Positions 37,768 through 51,700 of a DNA stretch of 64,000 bases are shown here, piece after piece. Source of the stretch: Mytilus californianus (taxonomy: Eukaryota); the NCBI RefSeq assembly GCF_021869535.1, contig NW_026262581.1:121086001-121150000 (forward strand), read 5' to 3'. Position numbers and translations under genes: made by a program. Under the pieces are notes generated by a model. That model was not told the origin of the DNA. It did no database searches and was given only the letters and a program-made list of their open reading frames with translations. Position 1 is the first letter of the stretch. The number at the start of each line of letters is the position of its first letter.

Positions 37768-38399
37768 CTTGGGACCGGCAGACTTTTGATTGCTTTGTTA
37801 GGCGAGGACATTTCCTCGAGTGTCTTGCATAAATGAATAAAAGATGTTTTGTGAACTTCAGTTAGACCGCAATTGAGCCACACATCCATAAAGACAGACA
37901 TCTGATAGTCACCCTAGGTATCCAATGACGACAATATCCAACGCAAGATCTTTCATGTGAGTGATAAGACGTGGCCTCTGTATTTTATACCATGAGTCCA
38001 AACAATGGGGTGAGCCATCAAATATCATCCTGGCCGACACCAAAACCATGTTTTGAGACAAAGAGATACATCGTGAGAGTCGATTATATTTTATATCTGT
38101 AACCATTACTTCAAATACTGTGTATTTGTTGTGAGAAAGGGTTGTCTATCTTCAATACCTGTCTGACCAGATGTTTTTCTCATAAAATTTCGATAATTTC
38201 TTTTTTTCTAATTTACAATGATTTATTTTCTTCACTTTTAAATGGACCTCTTCGGCGCAAATCGCATAGTCATACTGGTATCACGACCTTTCGAAATATA
38301 AGGTCTATATTTGTTATTTAAGAAATAATTCATTCATGTCGTGCTCTTTGCTCATTCTAACATGGGTAGGCATTATATTTGTCGATATTTTACACTGAG

Positions 38400-38679
38400 C
38401 GTTATCAATTTCCCCCACCTTAGTAGAAATATACCTTCTACACCTGCATATGGAATATACATTTCCCAACTCATTCGGTATTCAAGAGCTTGCAGCTGCT
38501 ACTCAGACTTTATAAAACGTTACCAGTGTCTGAGCAGAAGGTTGATGAACCAAGGTTTTGTCAAAGAACGTCTCGTCCTTTTTCTAAAACAGTTCATCGG
38601 AAGATACCAAGACCTTGTTGATAAATATTCCGTATCAACTTCACAAATGATACACGATGGTTTGAAGTATAGATTCTAG
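38400..38679 (+). pseudogene. Truncated retroelement RT C-terminal fragment, still open frame
   Basis: VINFPHLSRNIPSTPAYGIYISQLIRYSRACSCYSDFIKRYQCLSRRLMNQGF, homologous to 36345-36900. Confidence 0.8.
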
Positions 38680-41600
38680 ACGTTGTTTATCATCTTAATT
38701 ACGTGTTATAGTGTTCTTTTATTTGTCTTTGTAAATTATTAACCTTAACTGTTTAGTCCATTTTTGGTAATATTCTTTTGGCGTGGCTCGGTACTTATGC
38801 ATCTCGCCATTGTGTTGTTGTGCTGTGGTCATTTTTTGTATTCTTGTCTTTTATTTTTGCTTATTTGCTTTGTCTATATGCCATTTTGTTTTTCTTTGTT
38901 GACATATTTGTTAAGGGACTTTTCGATTTGAATTTCCGAATTTTCCTTGGAGTTCGGTATTTATGTTATTTTACTTTTTAAACATGTTTGCTGGAGCCAA
39001 ACCCTCCCCTAACATGGAACAGTATGACATAAGAACAAACTATAAAATTTAGTTGAAAATGGCTTAATTCATCAGATCGATACAATGCACATAAAACCCT
39101 AAGAAAAACACAAAAGACACAGTGCAGATCTGAGTAACTCAGTAACTGAAATCTAGTACAAAGCCAATAACAACTAACAAAAAATCATGTGTCATAGACT
39201 AATTTATATTCACACGCATTCAATATGCCACAAAAGGGAATAGGATACAAGCGGTAAATTTACATGTCAGACGACTATTTTTGGTATCTAAAAAGTCGAA
39301 AATAAACTGACAACGCCATGGCAAAATACGAAAAAGATCAAAAGGCACACAACAGTATACAAAACACAACATAGAAAACAAAAGACTGAGTAACACAAAC
39401 CCCACCGAAAACCGGAGCTGATCTCATGCCTGTGCTCCAGAAAGGTACTCCCTCATGCAAAGTTGACCCTAGACGGATTTGGCTGTTATTTTTAGGTCCT
39501 TTTGGTCATATAGCTCTTCATTTGTTTCAGTTCTTATACATCCATGTTTTTTTAAAAATTCGTCTTTGAGCGTTCCTGGTGAAGGAAATCCAGAAAAGCG
39601 CTTCGGACGCATGCATTTGATAAAGTGTTAATTTCATTTTTAAAGTCATTCATTTGTGTCAATATCAAGAAAAGATTCAGATATGAAGCAGACCTTCTAT
39701 AGATTCGGTCGTACCCTTAATTTCACGTTTACTGGGATATATGAGTTGCAAGCACTTACTAAGATGTGGGTTAGTGAGTTACGGGACATCTTCAATAAAT
39801 CTGAAAGTGAAATAAATTAACTTGTCACGATGCTTTTTCGTTTTGTCTTTGAGGAAGTTACATGAAAGTCAATACTGGAATCACATGCAAAACCAATATC
39901 AAGTATGTGTTGGGCTTTAAACAATCAAAATGACAAAACCGGTTTATATAAATTGAGAATGCCCAACGACATGTACTAACAGATTGGAGTTCAAATAGAC
40001 AACAATAATTGGTTATAAATAATTTTTGCGTTTTTTATGTTTCGTTCTCCTGTTTTATTTTTTCTTTTCTCTTTAAAAAAAAGGTGTAATTGTGATAGTC
40101 TAAGACTATATGTCCTATATCCCTTTAACTCCTAAATGAACAGTGCATGGTTTTAGTGTTCACTTTACGTTGTCAGATCGTCAGATCGTTTTAGTCTCTA
40201 TTCTTTGTATGTAGATAAATTAGTGGTAGGTACTATTTTGAAAGTAATTTTATACATTCATGAGGATAGTTTCCAAAAAAGCCTATCCGTTTCTATAATT
40301 TTCAATCACTAAAAAATTGCTTTTTCGCCTTTATTTGTTATGTTTTTTTTTTCAACTGTTTCTAGACTCTGGAATAAAAAGAAAAAATATTTTATTATCG
40401 CAAATAAATAAACTGAAAATGCCGATATAAACTCACAAAGATCTTTCTGATTGAAAACTGCCTTTATTTCAATATCAATATTATATTATCAATTTCACAA
40501 AACATGATAATAGCATATTACTGTGTGGTCTTCGTGTCAATTGCTCGTTTGTGCATTAAGTGTTCTTAGCCTAAGTATCCTTCAATCATTAAATCTATCT
40601 CGTAATAATACAAGACCATTATCAATACAAAATATCACTTTTCATTTGTAAAAAGACAACTGTCAATTGAGTAAATACTGGGAGTGATTCATAATAATTT
40701 TACGTGGGGGAAAGGTGAAAACTCAGTTCTCTGTGGGAGATTGTCAGCAAAATTAGATATCTATAAATAATGAAGAAATGGCAAATATTGAAAAATCATG
40801 TTTTTGTGTGTTTTAATTATTATGGTAAAGTCTTATCTTTCAAAATTCATGTGAAGATACAGTCTGTGTTTTAGTGTAGCTACTCTCTGTAAAAATTGAC
40901 TTACCGCAAAATGTGTTAATCTAACCTCATTACAGCTATATTCTACAAATTGATCCAAAACGTTAAAGACCGAAAAATTACAGGGCTACAAATTAATTGA
41001 TATTTTTGATACTGAATAAGCATAAAAAGTTAGAAATTAGTATTATGGTGCTGCTTTTGATTTTAAAAAATCGGTTTAATTAAAATATATTTCAATTGGA
41101 AAAAACAAAGGGAAAAGGATGAGACACAAGCTTATCAATTTACAGTCTTCTCCTTATTTTCAGTATATAACATTATATGTTGCAGCATGTAAATATTTCC
41201 CTACAAAAAGGACAACACAAAGATCGTGTAGATAGAATTAGTGATTAGAAATTTCAGGAAGTTCCAGCATTAGTGAAAAGACACCACTACAATTTTCGTA
41301 ATCAAAGTGTGAAGCAAAAAATGTAAGATATTTTGAGCTTTTAATATCTTTAGATCACAGTCTCTATCAATTGTTCCATCAGTGAGTACGTTATAGTTTC
41401 TCCTGGATATTACCAGTGAATATGTACTTTTGAAATCATGTAATGTTTCTTTCTCCTCATGAAATTATTAAAATTCTTGGCGACATTTTTTTATTATTTT
41501 TTTCCCTTAAAAAGACTTGAATAAAAAGCAATTGAACAGACAGGATAAACGAAAAAAAATCAGGATGATTTATTCAATATAATAGTACGTCTTCATTTAT

Positions 41601-44600
41601 ATTGTACATATTTCATTTCTCATATATTCGTGTAATTTTACCAACACTTTATAGCCTTTTTTTTAAATCTCATTTTCATAATGAAAATCAACGTTGTAAA
41701 ACTTAAAAACGGTTTTTGCTTCGAAATATCCTTGTTGATTGAGATACATTGAATAAAACGAAAGCATGTTGATTTAATGCATTTGAATTGATGGAATAAT
41801 ACCTCTAAAATAATTTCAATTTCTCTAAATTATCATATACATTTCCCCGGTTATATATTAGTTTCTTTAACTTACCTATGATTTTTTTGAATATAAAATT
41901 AAACACAACATAAAAAACATAGTAAACATAGTAGACAAAAAAATGAAAGTCACTTATAAAACTTATTAAAGACAAACTGTCCAAAGCAGAAGGCAGAGGC
42001 GGGAAATTGCTATATGTGGTTTATGCACTCGTCTTTCTAACATGAAAGCAGTTGCCTAAAGTCAGAATAAACATCCGTTATTCTTAATTTCAGCACTGCG
42101 AAAAGGATACCCGGAGCAAAGGATATTCTGTGAAAATAAAACAATGCAGATACAATGATGTATAAACAAAACTTTCTAATTGCTCTTATCAAATCATCAC
42201 TATAAGAAATATTTTGATTTACAGTATCAAGCTCCTACCATATGTTTGTCTGCAGTGTAAAACATACTGTATTCCACAAAAATGTCACTGTTTCATCAGC
42301 CTACATGTAGCTTTAAGCTAAGATTTTTTATTTGATATTTCTAGATGTTTCGATCATACAATAGCTGCCAGATTTTGAGATAATGAATTCCATAATATTC
42401 GTGTTTATATACTGTTTCCTCTCAATATGCTCGCATAGTTTGAATCAAAGACCACACACGCCAATTTATTGTGTTATAATTATTAATTTGCTTATTTTGT
42501 TTCATTTTTTTGCGTTCAGTTTCTTTCTGATTTTGATAATTTGAAGCAGCAATGAATCAATAAAATAGAAAATGTTAAAGACAAGTGAAAATGCAGCGCC
42601 AGCAATTACCTTAAAGTCGAATTGGATTTGCAATCCAAAAATGTCACTATTTTTTTTTAATCAAAAAGATTCATAGAGTGACGTAATTTGCATTTTTGTT
42701 CACATGTGTTTTTAATTGACTGTCCTTGGTGCTTTTTTGTGTTCTTAAAAAAATCAAAATATTGGAAAAATATAATTAAAATTTCTTTGAAAAGATAATG
42801 TTTTCGATGTTGTAAGTATCCAAACCTATCTGCTTAAACGAATTTAACACATCTGTTCTTTTACTATACATATCAGTATTCTGTTTCTTGTGTGAGGAAT
42901 AACGGTACTATATTTGAAGACTTGTCACCGTTAAATGTGAGTTTGACGATCGCAAATGTAATTTTACTGGCGACAGTTAAATCCCAAAAATGAAACCCAC
43001 GGTGGCAAATCTTCTTATACAGTTTTGTTATTGCTACCTTTATGCTACACCCTGAAAATATTCATTTTTAAACATTTGAAAGAAGTTTCGATTGCAACCG
43101 GTAAAATTGACGGTAGACGTCACCCAGTCAAATATGGCGTTACATGTAATATGAAGTTAGCATGTTGCTACTTATATTTTCATAAAAGTGTTATCATTTA
43201 TCAGCAAAATGGTAAGATTTTGTCAATTAAACCAGAAAAGACAAGATAGTACAGCGGTTCATTTTTTCATACAAAAGCAGTGATGAGTTATCAATTTGAT
43301 AACAGAAAAATAGACGCAAGTAAGATTACATTCCGAATCCATAACTACAAAACATTTGAAAGTGTTACTGCACCTGGAAAATTTGTGATAATGAAACTAA
43401 TCATATTTTATCAAAGCAAGTTGCACTTTTCAGAACAAGAGAAAAGGTAAAATATTTATTCGTTACTTCCATGTAAATCAGATGTATAGTCGTCTCATAT
43501 CTTCGGGGCTAACGCCACTCATATATGAGAAGAGTACAACTTATACATACAGTCAATGTTGTCCATTAGGTTTGTGGTTCTCGTGTTAGATAACCGATGA
43601 CTTGTTTAGCAACATGAGAATTCATAAAATACTCAAATAAATGTTACAGCAAAGTTACAACAACACACGACTTAAAAGAGTCTAAAAGTTAATCGGTCTT
43701 TTTAGTTCTTATTTATATGAAGGTCAATGTTATTCTTTTTCTTAAACATACAATAATTTTAAAAGACCCAAACCATAAAAAACTGGAACATCGTTTAATC
43801 ACAATTTGGGATGCATTATGATCTACAATATATTATATACTAAATTGAGCGTATAATATTTAAGAAAGAAAACCTTTCAAGTTAAGACGGTAGATAAAAA
43901 GATTAAACAAAAAGAAGAAGTATTAAATTGACTTTTGACAATTACAATAGGTGAAAAAATAAATTAATACCTGTAGTAACACCAGGTAGCGTAGTTACCA
44001 GAAAGCGTTACTACTTGGGAGGTATATAATGATAACAACGATACTTTGTGTCAAAAGTGCATACCTTTTAATGGAATACCTAGACAGTTCTCACGATTCC
44101 CAAAAACATAAACTATTGGAAAAAGTCATCGTGGCGAAAGAATTAGCTTTTCTCTGCAAGAATCGAGAGAAAACTGACGTTAAGTAGCTTCGTGCTGAAG
44201 GATTTAGTCGAGCAAATAGAAACATATGAAACTATCAACAGAAGATTACACGCAATTAAGGAATTTCAGACATTAAGCGATACACAATGTGACAGTTTAA
44301 ATTCTTGATATGATTATAATGACTTTATTATGACATGAAGTCCACTCGAAACAAGCGTGTTTGCCTTAAAAAGTGTTGTGTTTATTGAATTCTAACAAAG
44401 TGGAGGTTATCATTTATCCCTATCGTCTGCGGGGATTACCATAAGCGCTGATGAAGTGTCTTTGACAGATGTCATAGGTCGAGACACGTGACCGCAATCC
44501 ACTTCTGTTAATGGTGAATGAGATTTCAGGGTCTAGATTAAAGGATTTAACTGTGAGATTGGCGCCGTAACAATAATACAATTGCATTTCATCGTTCCTA

Positions 44601-47600
44601 AAATTCCAATAAATCCTGAAAGGAAACAAACGGGTATTACTTAAAATGTGACAATATGAAAACATCACTGATATATGATTCAATGATGACCGCTGATAAA
44701 ATCTCAGATCTTTACATCGCCAATCTCACTACAAATTATAAATACTTCGGTCAAATTAAGCCAAACAATATTAAAGATCTGCGCAAATTTTTGTCCTGCC
44801 TTTAGCGTAAATTGAACCCATGCTTCTGTCACATTGTGAGAACTCCTCCTGCGGTGTGTCCAACCACTTAGACCTTTTGGCCACGCAAACTCATGCAAGA
44901 TACCAGGCTTATAATGTTGTACGCCAGACGTGCGTTTCGTTTACAATAGTTTCATCAAAGACGCTCGAATCAAAAAATTTTAAAAAAGGCAAAAAAAAAA
45001 AAACATGTTGAAGAGCATTTAGGACCCCAAATTCCGAAAGCTTTTGACAAAAACAGCTAAGGTAATCTATTTCAGAATAGAAAATCCTTAGTACAATTCA
45101 AAGTTTTATAAAGATTAAGAATATGACCATATCAATGATATTTCATGTCAACACAGAAAATATAGCTTTCGTAAGTCAAGTGATGCCTTTCCTCGTCGGC
45201 TTTACTCAAACATATATTCGTCTAAATATGATTGTGTCAATTTACGGGTTTTTCACTACATATATAATTGAATGAAATTTGCTTTACTTTGTCATCGTAC
45301 CATTTATTTTGATATTTTGTTACTACTTTTGTATTGTTGTCACCAAAGCTTTTTCATTAATCAATATAAAAAAAATATGTTTCATCTTTATTTTAGAATA
45401 CGTTGAATATAAACGTTTATAACTTTACCAAACAGAAACAGGTAGGGAAATTTCTCCTTTAAGGGAAAATAAAGTGTCTGGTTAGAGCGCCAATGAGACA
45501 AGTATTCACCAGAGCCCAAATGACGTAGGTTTAAGCAACTTTGTTTCACCCACAGGGATAAACTCAGAAATTGTAAAAACACTTCTAGAATTCGAGTACT
45601 GAATAGTCTATATAATTTACCTTTTCAACAACTTTATATATTTCCATTAAGTCAATATTTCTTAGCGCTACATATTGCTGTTGAGGACAAATGTGCAAAG
45701 TATACAAGTTTTTGAAAAATTATTCATCGAAAAGATATAATTAACAAAAATGTATCTGAAAGACAATACTATAAAAATAAGAAGATGTGGTAGAATTGCC
45801 AATGAGACAACTCTCCACCAGAGACCAAATGACATAGAATTTAAAACAACTATAGTATTCATAATTACTTCAAATAGAATTTTGGTTTTTGTTAAGAAAG
45901 GCTTTCTTTAAGATACATTTTCTTTCATAATAGCTAAAATGTTGGCAAAATGTATCAAAATTGCAGTTTCTTAAGACAATTATAATTTAGAGACATGTTC
46001 GGAAATACGCAAAAATGCTGTAAAGAATATAAAGAACGCATACTGTGAACTTTAATGAAAGATTGACAGTGCTTTTCATTGTTTACACCTTGCACTTTCT
46101 TGTTAAAAAGAAGATCTCTAAACTGATTGTCTGTGTTAAATGTATTGTCTGTACTCAGAGTGATCCAAAGCTTTACATATATTGAAACCATGTGTTTATA
46201 TCTATATAACGGATATTGATCCATAGATGTTCTTTTTTGTCTTTATTGTGGAGTTGGGATGCTGTCCACTGAAGTATACCTCATATGTTTGTATTCGTAT
46301 ATAACCCACAAGTAAGAATATTCATGACAAACTTATACAACTTGAACTTAACTTTATATATTGATGATACGATGGTAGTGTTTAAACAACTACTGTGATA
46401 AGAATTAATTATACTTAATATATTCGTTTTCTACAGGAGATAGTTTAACTTAAGATTTAGCACTTATAGAACCAATGATGACATTGTATAATAGTTATTT
46501 GTGTAGATTATAAGTCGTGTCACCTCTGTTTCCAGATTTTGTTTCTGAAGTAGCTCTAAATAAGTACTATATCCAAATATCAACCTCTTCAAAGTGAAAT
46601 CAGTTGAATAGAAACCATGACAGTAAACAGCAGTATATAAAAGCTATGTAAACTACCAATATTACAAAAACATAATATCTATTTATATGTCAAAGATGGG
46701 ACAAATTATAATCCGTTCTTCATACACTCGTCAAAGATTAACCTGGTGATTTTGTCTAAATCATATCAAAGTGATATCAGGTAACGTGTTTGTTTTTGTA
46801 TCTATCTACCATTAGATCAACATGTTCTCAGTCTGCCTGGCTATCACTTGACCGACAGTTTATTTTGTCAAAAATTAGTATGCAAAATCTGATTGAACAT
46901 TGTTTCGAGTTACAGGTTTTTGTATAGTAGGAAAGTGTTTTATAGAAATAGTGTAAGGAAACAGATTCGGGCGGAAAATAATCAAACAGACTTAATGACT
47001 ACCATTTTGTAAATATGTCTGTAACGACTGGCGTGCTATGACTTTTAATATTAGGCTTACCGGTTGTTATATAAATATTGCCTGAATTATTATAGCTATA
47101 TGAAGTAATTTTTGTCATGAATTTTAGTGGCGAAAATAAATACAGTAACAATGTATAGAACATACTCTGCAATGTCAATATTTTATACAATACGTATATA
47201 ACGACAAATATATCTATATGAATTGTTATAGTGATATAAATATTGATTCATATTCATTATTTCCTTTTTATAATCATTCGTCTACGAGGCTTTGAAATAT
47301 CATCTTACTGGTCATGAACTGTTTTTTTTAAACATGATAAATTCTAATGAAATGGTATTGTTTAATCAGTTGTATTTTCGAACAATTTGTAAAAATGTTT
47401 TTGGTGGTGTTGCTCAATCTTTCGTTTCCTATGTAGCGTTTTATAGACTGTTGTTAGTCTTTTAGTCGTCTTCTATTTTTGCCACGATTTTGTCGGTTTC
47501 CCTTCGATTTATGCATTTTAATTGCCCTGATGTATCTTTCGCTTCTTTTTTTAAACAACTGAAATGTCATGACTGAACAGAATGAGAAGATGTGTCCATG

Positions 47601-50600
47601 GTTTTCATAAGTAGGAATAGAACAATAAAATCCTTAGTAAAACGAGTTTCATTCATTAAGCTCTTTTGGAGTCTATATTGTTTCATTTTATTTCAATTTG
47701 AAATTTTATTATTTATTTGTTTTGGTTATTTTTATTTAATTATTTATTCAATTATTTATTTTTGACGACTTACAATTATGGATAATAAAATCATCACGAG
47801 TTAGCACTTAACGTAACATGATCGATTCTGTTCATATCCAGAAAGATTTGGACTTTTTATAATTTTGATGCATTTTGTGATTTATATATTATTCTTTAAT
47901 ACTGTGTTTATTTTGATACGAGTTACTTTACAAGGAATCGTACCTGCGAGCTTTATACCGAGTAGAATGGTTCTATGTGTATATGAGAGGTTAACATAAA
48001 ATTAATCCTTTTAAATCGGTTCCTATTATTTGTATATGATATTTTGTAGTATTTCTTATCATTCTGTCATATCATATCATTTACATGTTGTCGTCTTTTG
48101 TACTAGTAAACAAACAAACAAAAAAGAAAAAAAAAGTGTATTTTAGCCTGATACTTAAAAAGTAAAAGAAACAACATAGAATTTAAATCTGACAATGTTC
48201 ATGAAGCCTAAGTTGCCATTTCTTTTTGACGAAAACATGTTAAAGATTGTGTTCAGACATTTGTTGCAATATTGATAACGTTTACAAATGTTGATCCCTT
48301 TTTATAAGATACTAGTTAGTAACTGAAAAATATCACATTTTTCACCAATTAAAAAATATGTGGATTTGCCTAGAAAATTAACACGATTTCAATACTAACT
48401 ATTGTAAATTATATTTGAAAATGTATAATCAAAAACATTACTTTCTTTTGGACATATACGTTTTTGAAATTTGTAACAAAATATTTCTATTGACATTTTT
48501 TTTTCATTTTTCTATAAGGTCAAAAAGATGTGTGGACTATTTTATAACAATGGAAGCTACATCCAGATGAAGCGTATGGTGATAAAAGGAACAAAAGACA
48601 AGCTTCGGGTTGTTAAATTGAAACAATGGAAAAAGTACAAGCGCAGCATCATAGTATTTGAACCATAGTGTTAAAGCAATGGTACAGGTGCAATTGAACA
48701 AACAGATAACTTAAAATCTTAAATGCACATAACATGAAAAGTACACGATCTTTTATCATTCTATGACAACATTAATCCATTACGAACTTTGATAAGTTGT
48801 TTATTGTTGCACACTTAAATGATAAGCTGGTAAACCATACAATTGTAAATATTTTAAATAATACTAATTATCACTAGTAAACCTCATGGCTGTTCAATAT
48901 AAAACAATTGATTTCTGTATATATTTTAAATGTAAAAGGTTCATACTGTGAACAGAACACCACCGGTTAGTACTTCTGATCACTCTGTGTCATTTTTCAG
49001 GTATATGATAGCGACTGAAAGTTTACAAACTGGGGGAATGTTTTGAAACATAAAAAATCACTTAGTCTAATAAAATAGCACCAGAATAGACATATTTCTA
49101 CACCTTGCTTGTTATAATGACGGTGGTAGGTGATATTTATATTGTAAAACATCAATCATAAATGTCATAATGAAACCTCATCTAGGAACAGATTCACTAT
49201 CAGGGGTAAACACATTTTTTTAACCATAACACAGAAAGGCCGAAAACAACATTTTAATGTAGAGGACTGACCAAGAGAAAAGGTTTCAAATGTCGTAGTC
49301 AGATTCTGTACCGGAAAACAAGGAACACATTTACATGTTTAAGTCCTATGTTCCTAAAAAAATAACCAAGTAGATTAAGGACTGCTGAAAGTCTACATTT
49401 TATTTGAAGATGGCGAGATACTGGCAAGCAAGTTTCAAAGCCTTACAGCAACAGTCTACGAAATGCTTTCATTAATATGAATACAATAAAACTAATTTGT
49501 TTGTTGTTATAATTTATTTTTGCACAAACCGTTTGATCATTATTACACAGGATTCTTTTGGCAATAAATACTAAAACTAAAAGATGGGATTTTATGAAAA
49601 TTTTAACAAAATTATTACATCTAGATATCTACAATATTGCAATTGATACAAGGAAAATATTTTTAAACAAAATATTATATTTCTAGTAGACAAAAAAAAA
49701 AAAAAATTCCCCACGGACATTCCGTAATCACTGTTTGCAGTGCATGAGTGATTACTAACATTTCATATATCAAGTGAAATTGAAATGAAGGATACTACAA
49801 GTTAAGTTACGTTTGTTCACACATGTGCATGCTTATATATACATATATGTAATTGTAGATATATATTTTCTCTGTAACTATGACATGTAGTTTTGTGAGA
49901 ATAAAGTTCATTCACATAGAAACAAAACTGACTCCTTAATACCTTTATCTATTTGGCGTTGATGGACAACGCAATTATTTCACCATTCCAATTGTCAACT
50001 TCTCATTCTTGAGTATAGCATACTTCCATGAGTATAGTAGAATGCCAACTGCCATAGACTATATGGCACTTTTAGCAGCAGGGTTATGAGGAAGGACGAG
50101 TGAAATTATCTTTCATTAGTCCTTCGATTACCTTAAAACTAAAGATTGATAGGAACAGTGCCTAGGTTTTTCAACTCACTCTAGCGAATTTTAATCTTCC
50201 GATGTCACAGATTCTACATGTCCATTCTGACATTATTACCGATTTTGTTATGTTCTTGGATTGACATCTACTTCTGAATATGATTTTTTAATCGTGTAAC
50301 AGGTGATGCACGCAAAGCAGTCGATTTACACACCGTCGATACATCTGAAATAATAGTTGTATATCTACCGTCTTACTTGATTTAAAGTCAAAGCAAATGC
50401 ATATTTTTATCATTGTGTGTATCTTCATTTTGAAGTAAACATAAACAGTATCGCACTTCTTTTTTTTTAAATATATATTACAGGACTTACTAACATTTCC
50501 TTAAGAACAAAGCAAACTTACACGTAATACATATTAATCGTTAATAAAACACTTATTTAAGTTCATCCTATTTTGGTAAAATTTGTAAAAATTCTTGATT

Positions 50601-51479
50601 TATTGAGCTTCTTTTTTTCTTTATCTGTAAAGAGAACCTGAGTCTACTATAAATGTGTTATATCTTAAACAGAATGCTATGGCTGACAAGAGTCCGACTC
50701 GATTTTCGAGCAGCTGTAAGGATCAAGAAAGCTACAAGTATTATAGCACCATTCCCCGTATCAATTAACTATTTCCTTGCATTTCCGTTTTTGTTTACAT
50801 ATGACGAAGTCCGATAATTGTATGAGTCGATAAGAAAAATATCGTTTTATCTATTTTAAAAAATTTCATTTGCAGATTTGACATTTCAACTGAATTTGTT
50901 AGCAAATGCACTATTTTAAGTTTGATAAAAACGTTAAACCTTTAACTGGAAAAGTTATAAAAAAAAGTAATATTCGAAGAGTCATATGCTTAAAGTTGCA
51001 TGATAAAAATCACATATATATATTATATAGCAAAGAAATATTTTTTTTTACAATTTGATACCTGTTATGAAACGATGATCATAGCTTAGGTTAACAGTGT
51101 TAAACAAATCCTTTTCCTGCAAGAACAAGTTCCATTGTTTCTGAAATGGACTTGTAAACCGAAGGTATCGAAATGCTCGATTTTAGACCATGTTAACATA
51201 TTCATAACTAATACAAAAGCGTACATAATTGTTATATAATCGTTATTAATTGGTTGTAGAAACAAAGGAAAAGATCAATTACCAACACGTATTGTAAAGG
51301 ACCTTAATATTGACCGTCTCGAATTTAAACCTCCTGATTGCACCTGAGGAAGTTTCCTATTCAGATATAATCCGACTTCCTACGTTATCACTTGTGCCAA
51401 TCCCATTGTCTCTACGAAATGTGTCGACCAAAATACAGATCAACCGTGAGCCTTAATTCATAAACTGAAAACAAAACTT

Positions 51480-51700
51480 TTAACATACTAAAGGATTTAG
51501 TCGAAGATAGTGAGCAAAACGTGAAAAAGAAAACGAATCCTCTTTCCGATATGGCTGTGAGGTCAAAATGTTTATATTATCACTAATGCTACATCTATTT
51601 TCAAAGACCTGAATTGTGCTAAACATCTGTATTAACGTCATTTCAAGATTGTTGTTGTTCCTGCAGACAAAGCCCCAAGCAATATCAGAAATAAAGTTTA
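51480..51700 (+). pseudogene. Decayed N-terminal fragment of the same retroelement family
   Basis: The plus frame reads FKDLNCAKHLY*RHFKIVVVPADKAPSNI. VVPADKA.NNI is a motif I recall upstream of the RT core in this family. Confidence 0.55.

Noticed and set aside
37790-38140. Two short minus ORFs
   Set aside because: Adjacent to a transposon end, no splice support; probably element interior.
48519-49500. Strong acceptor followed by short protein-like frames
   Set aside because: Many stops, no consistent exon chain, and no recognisable family.
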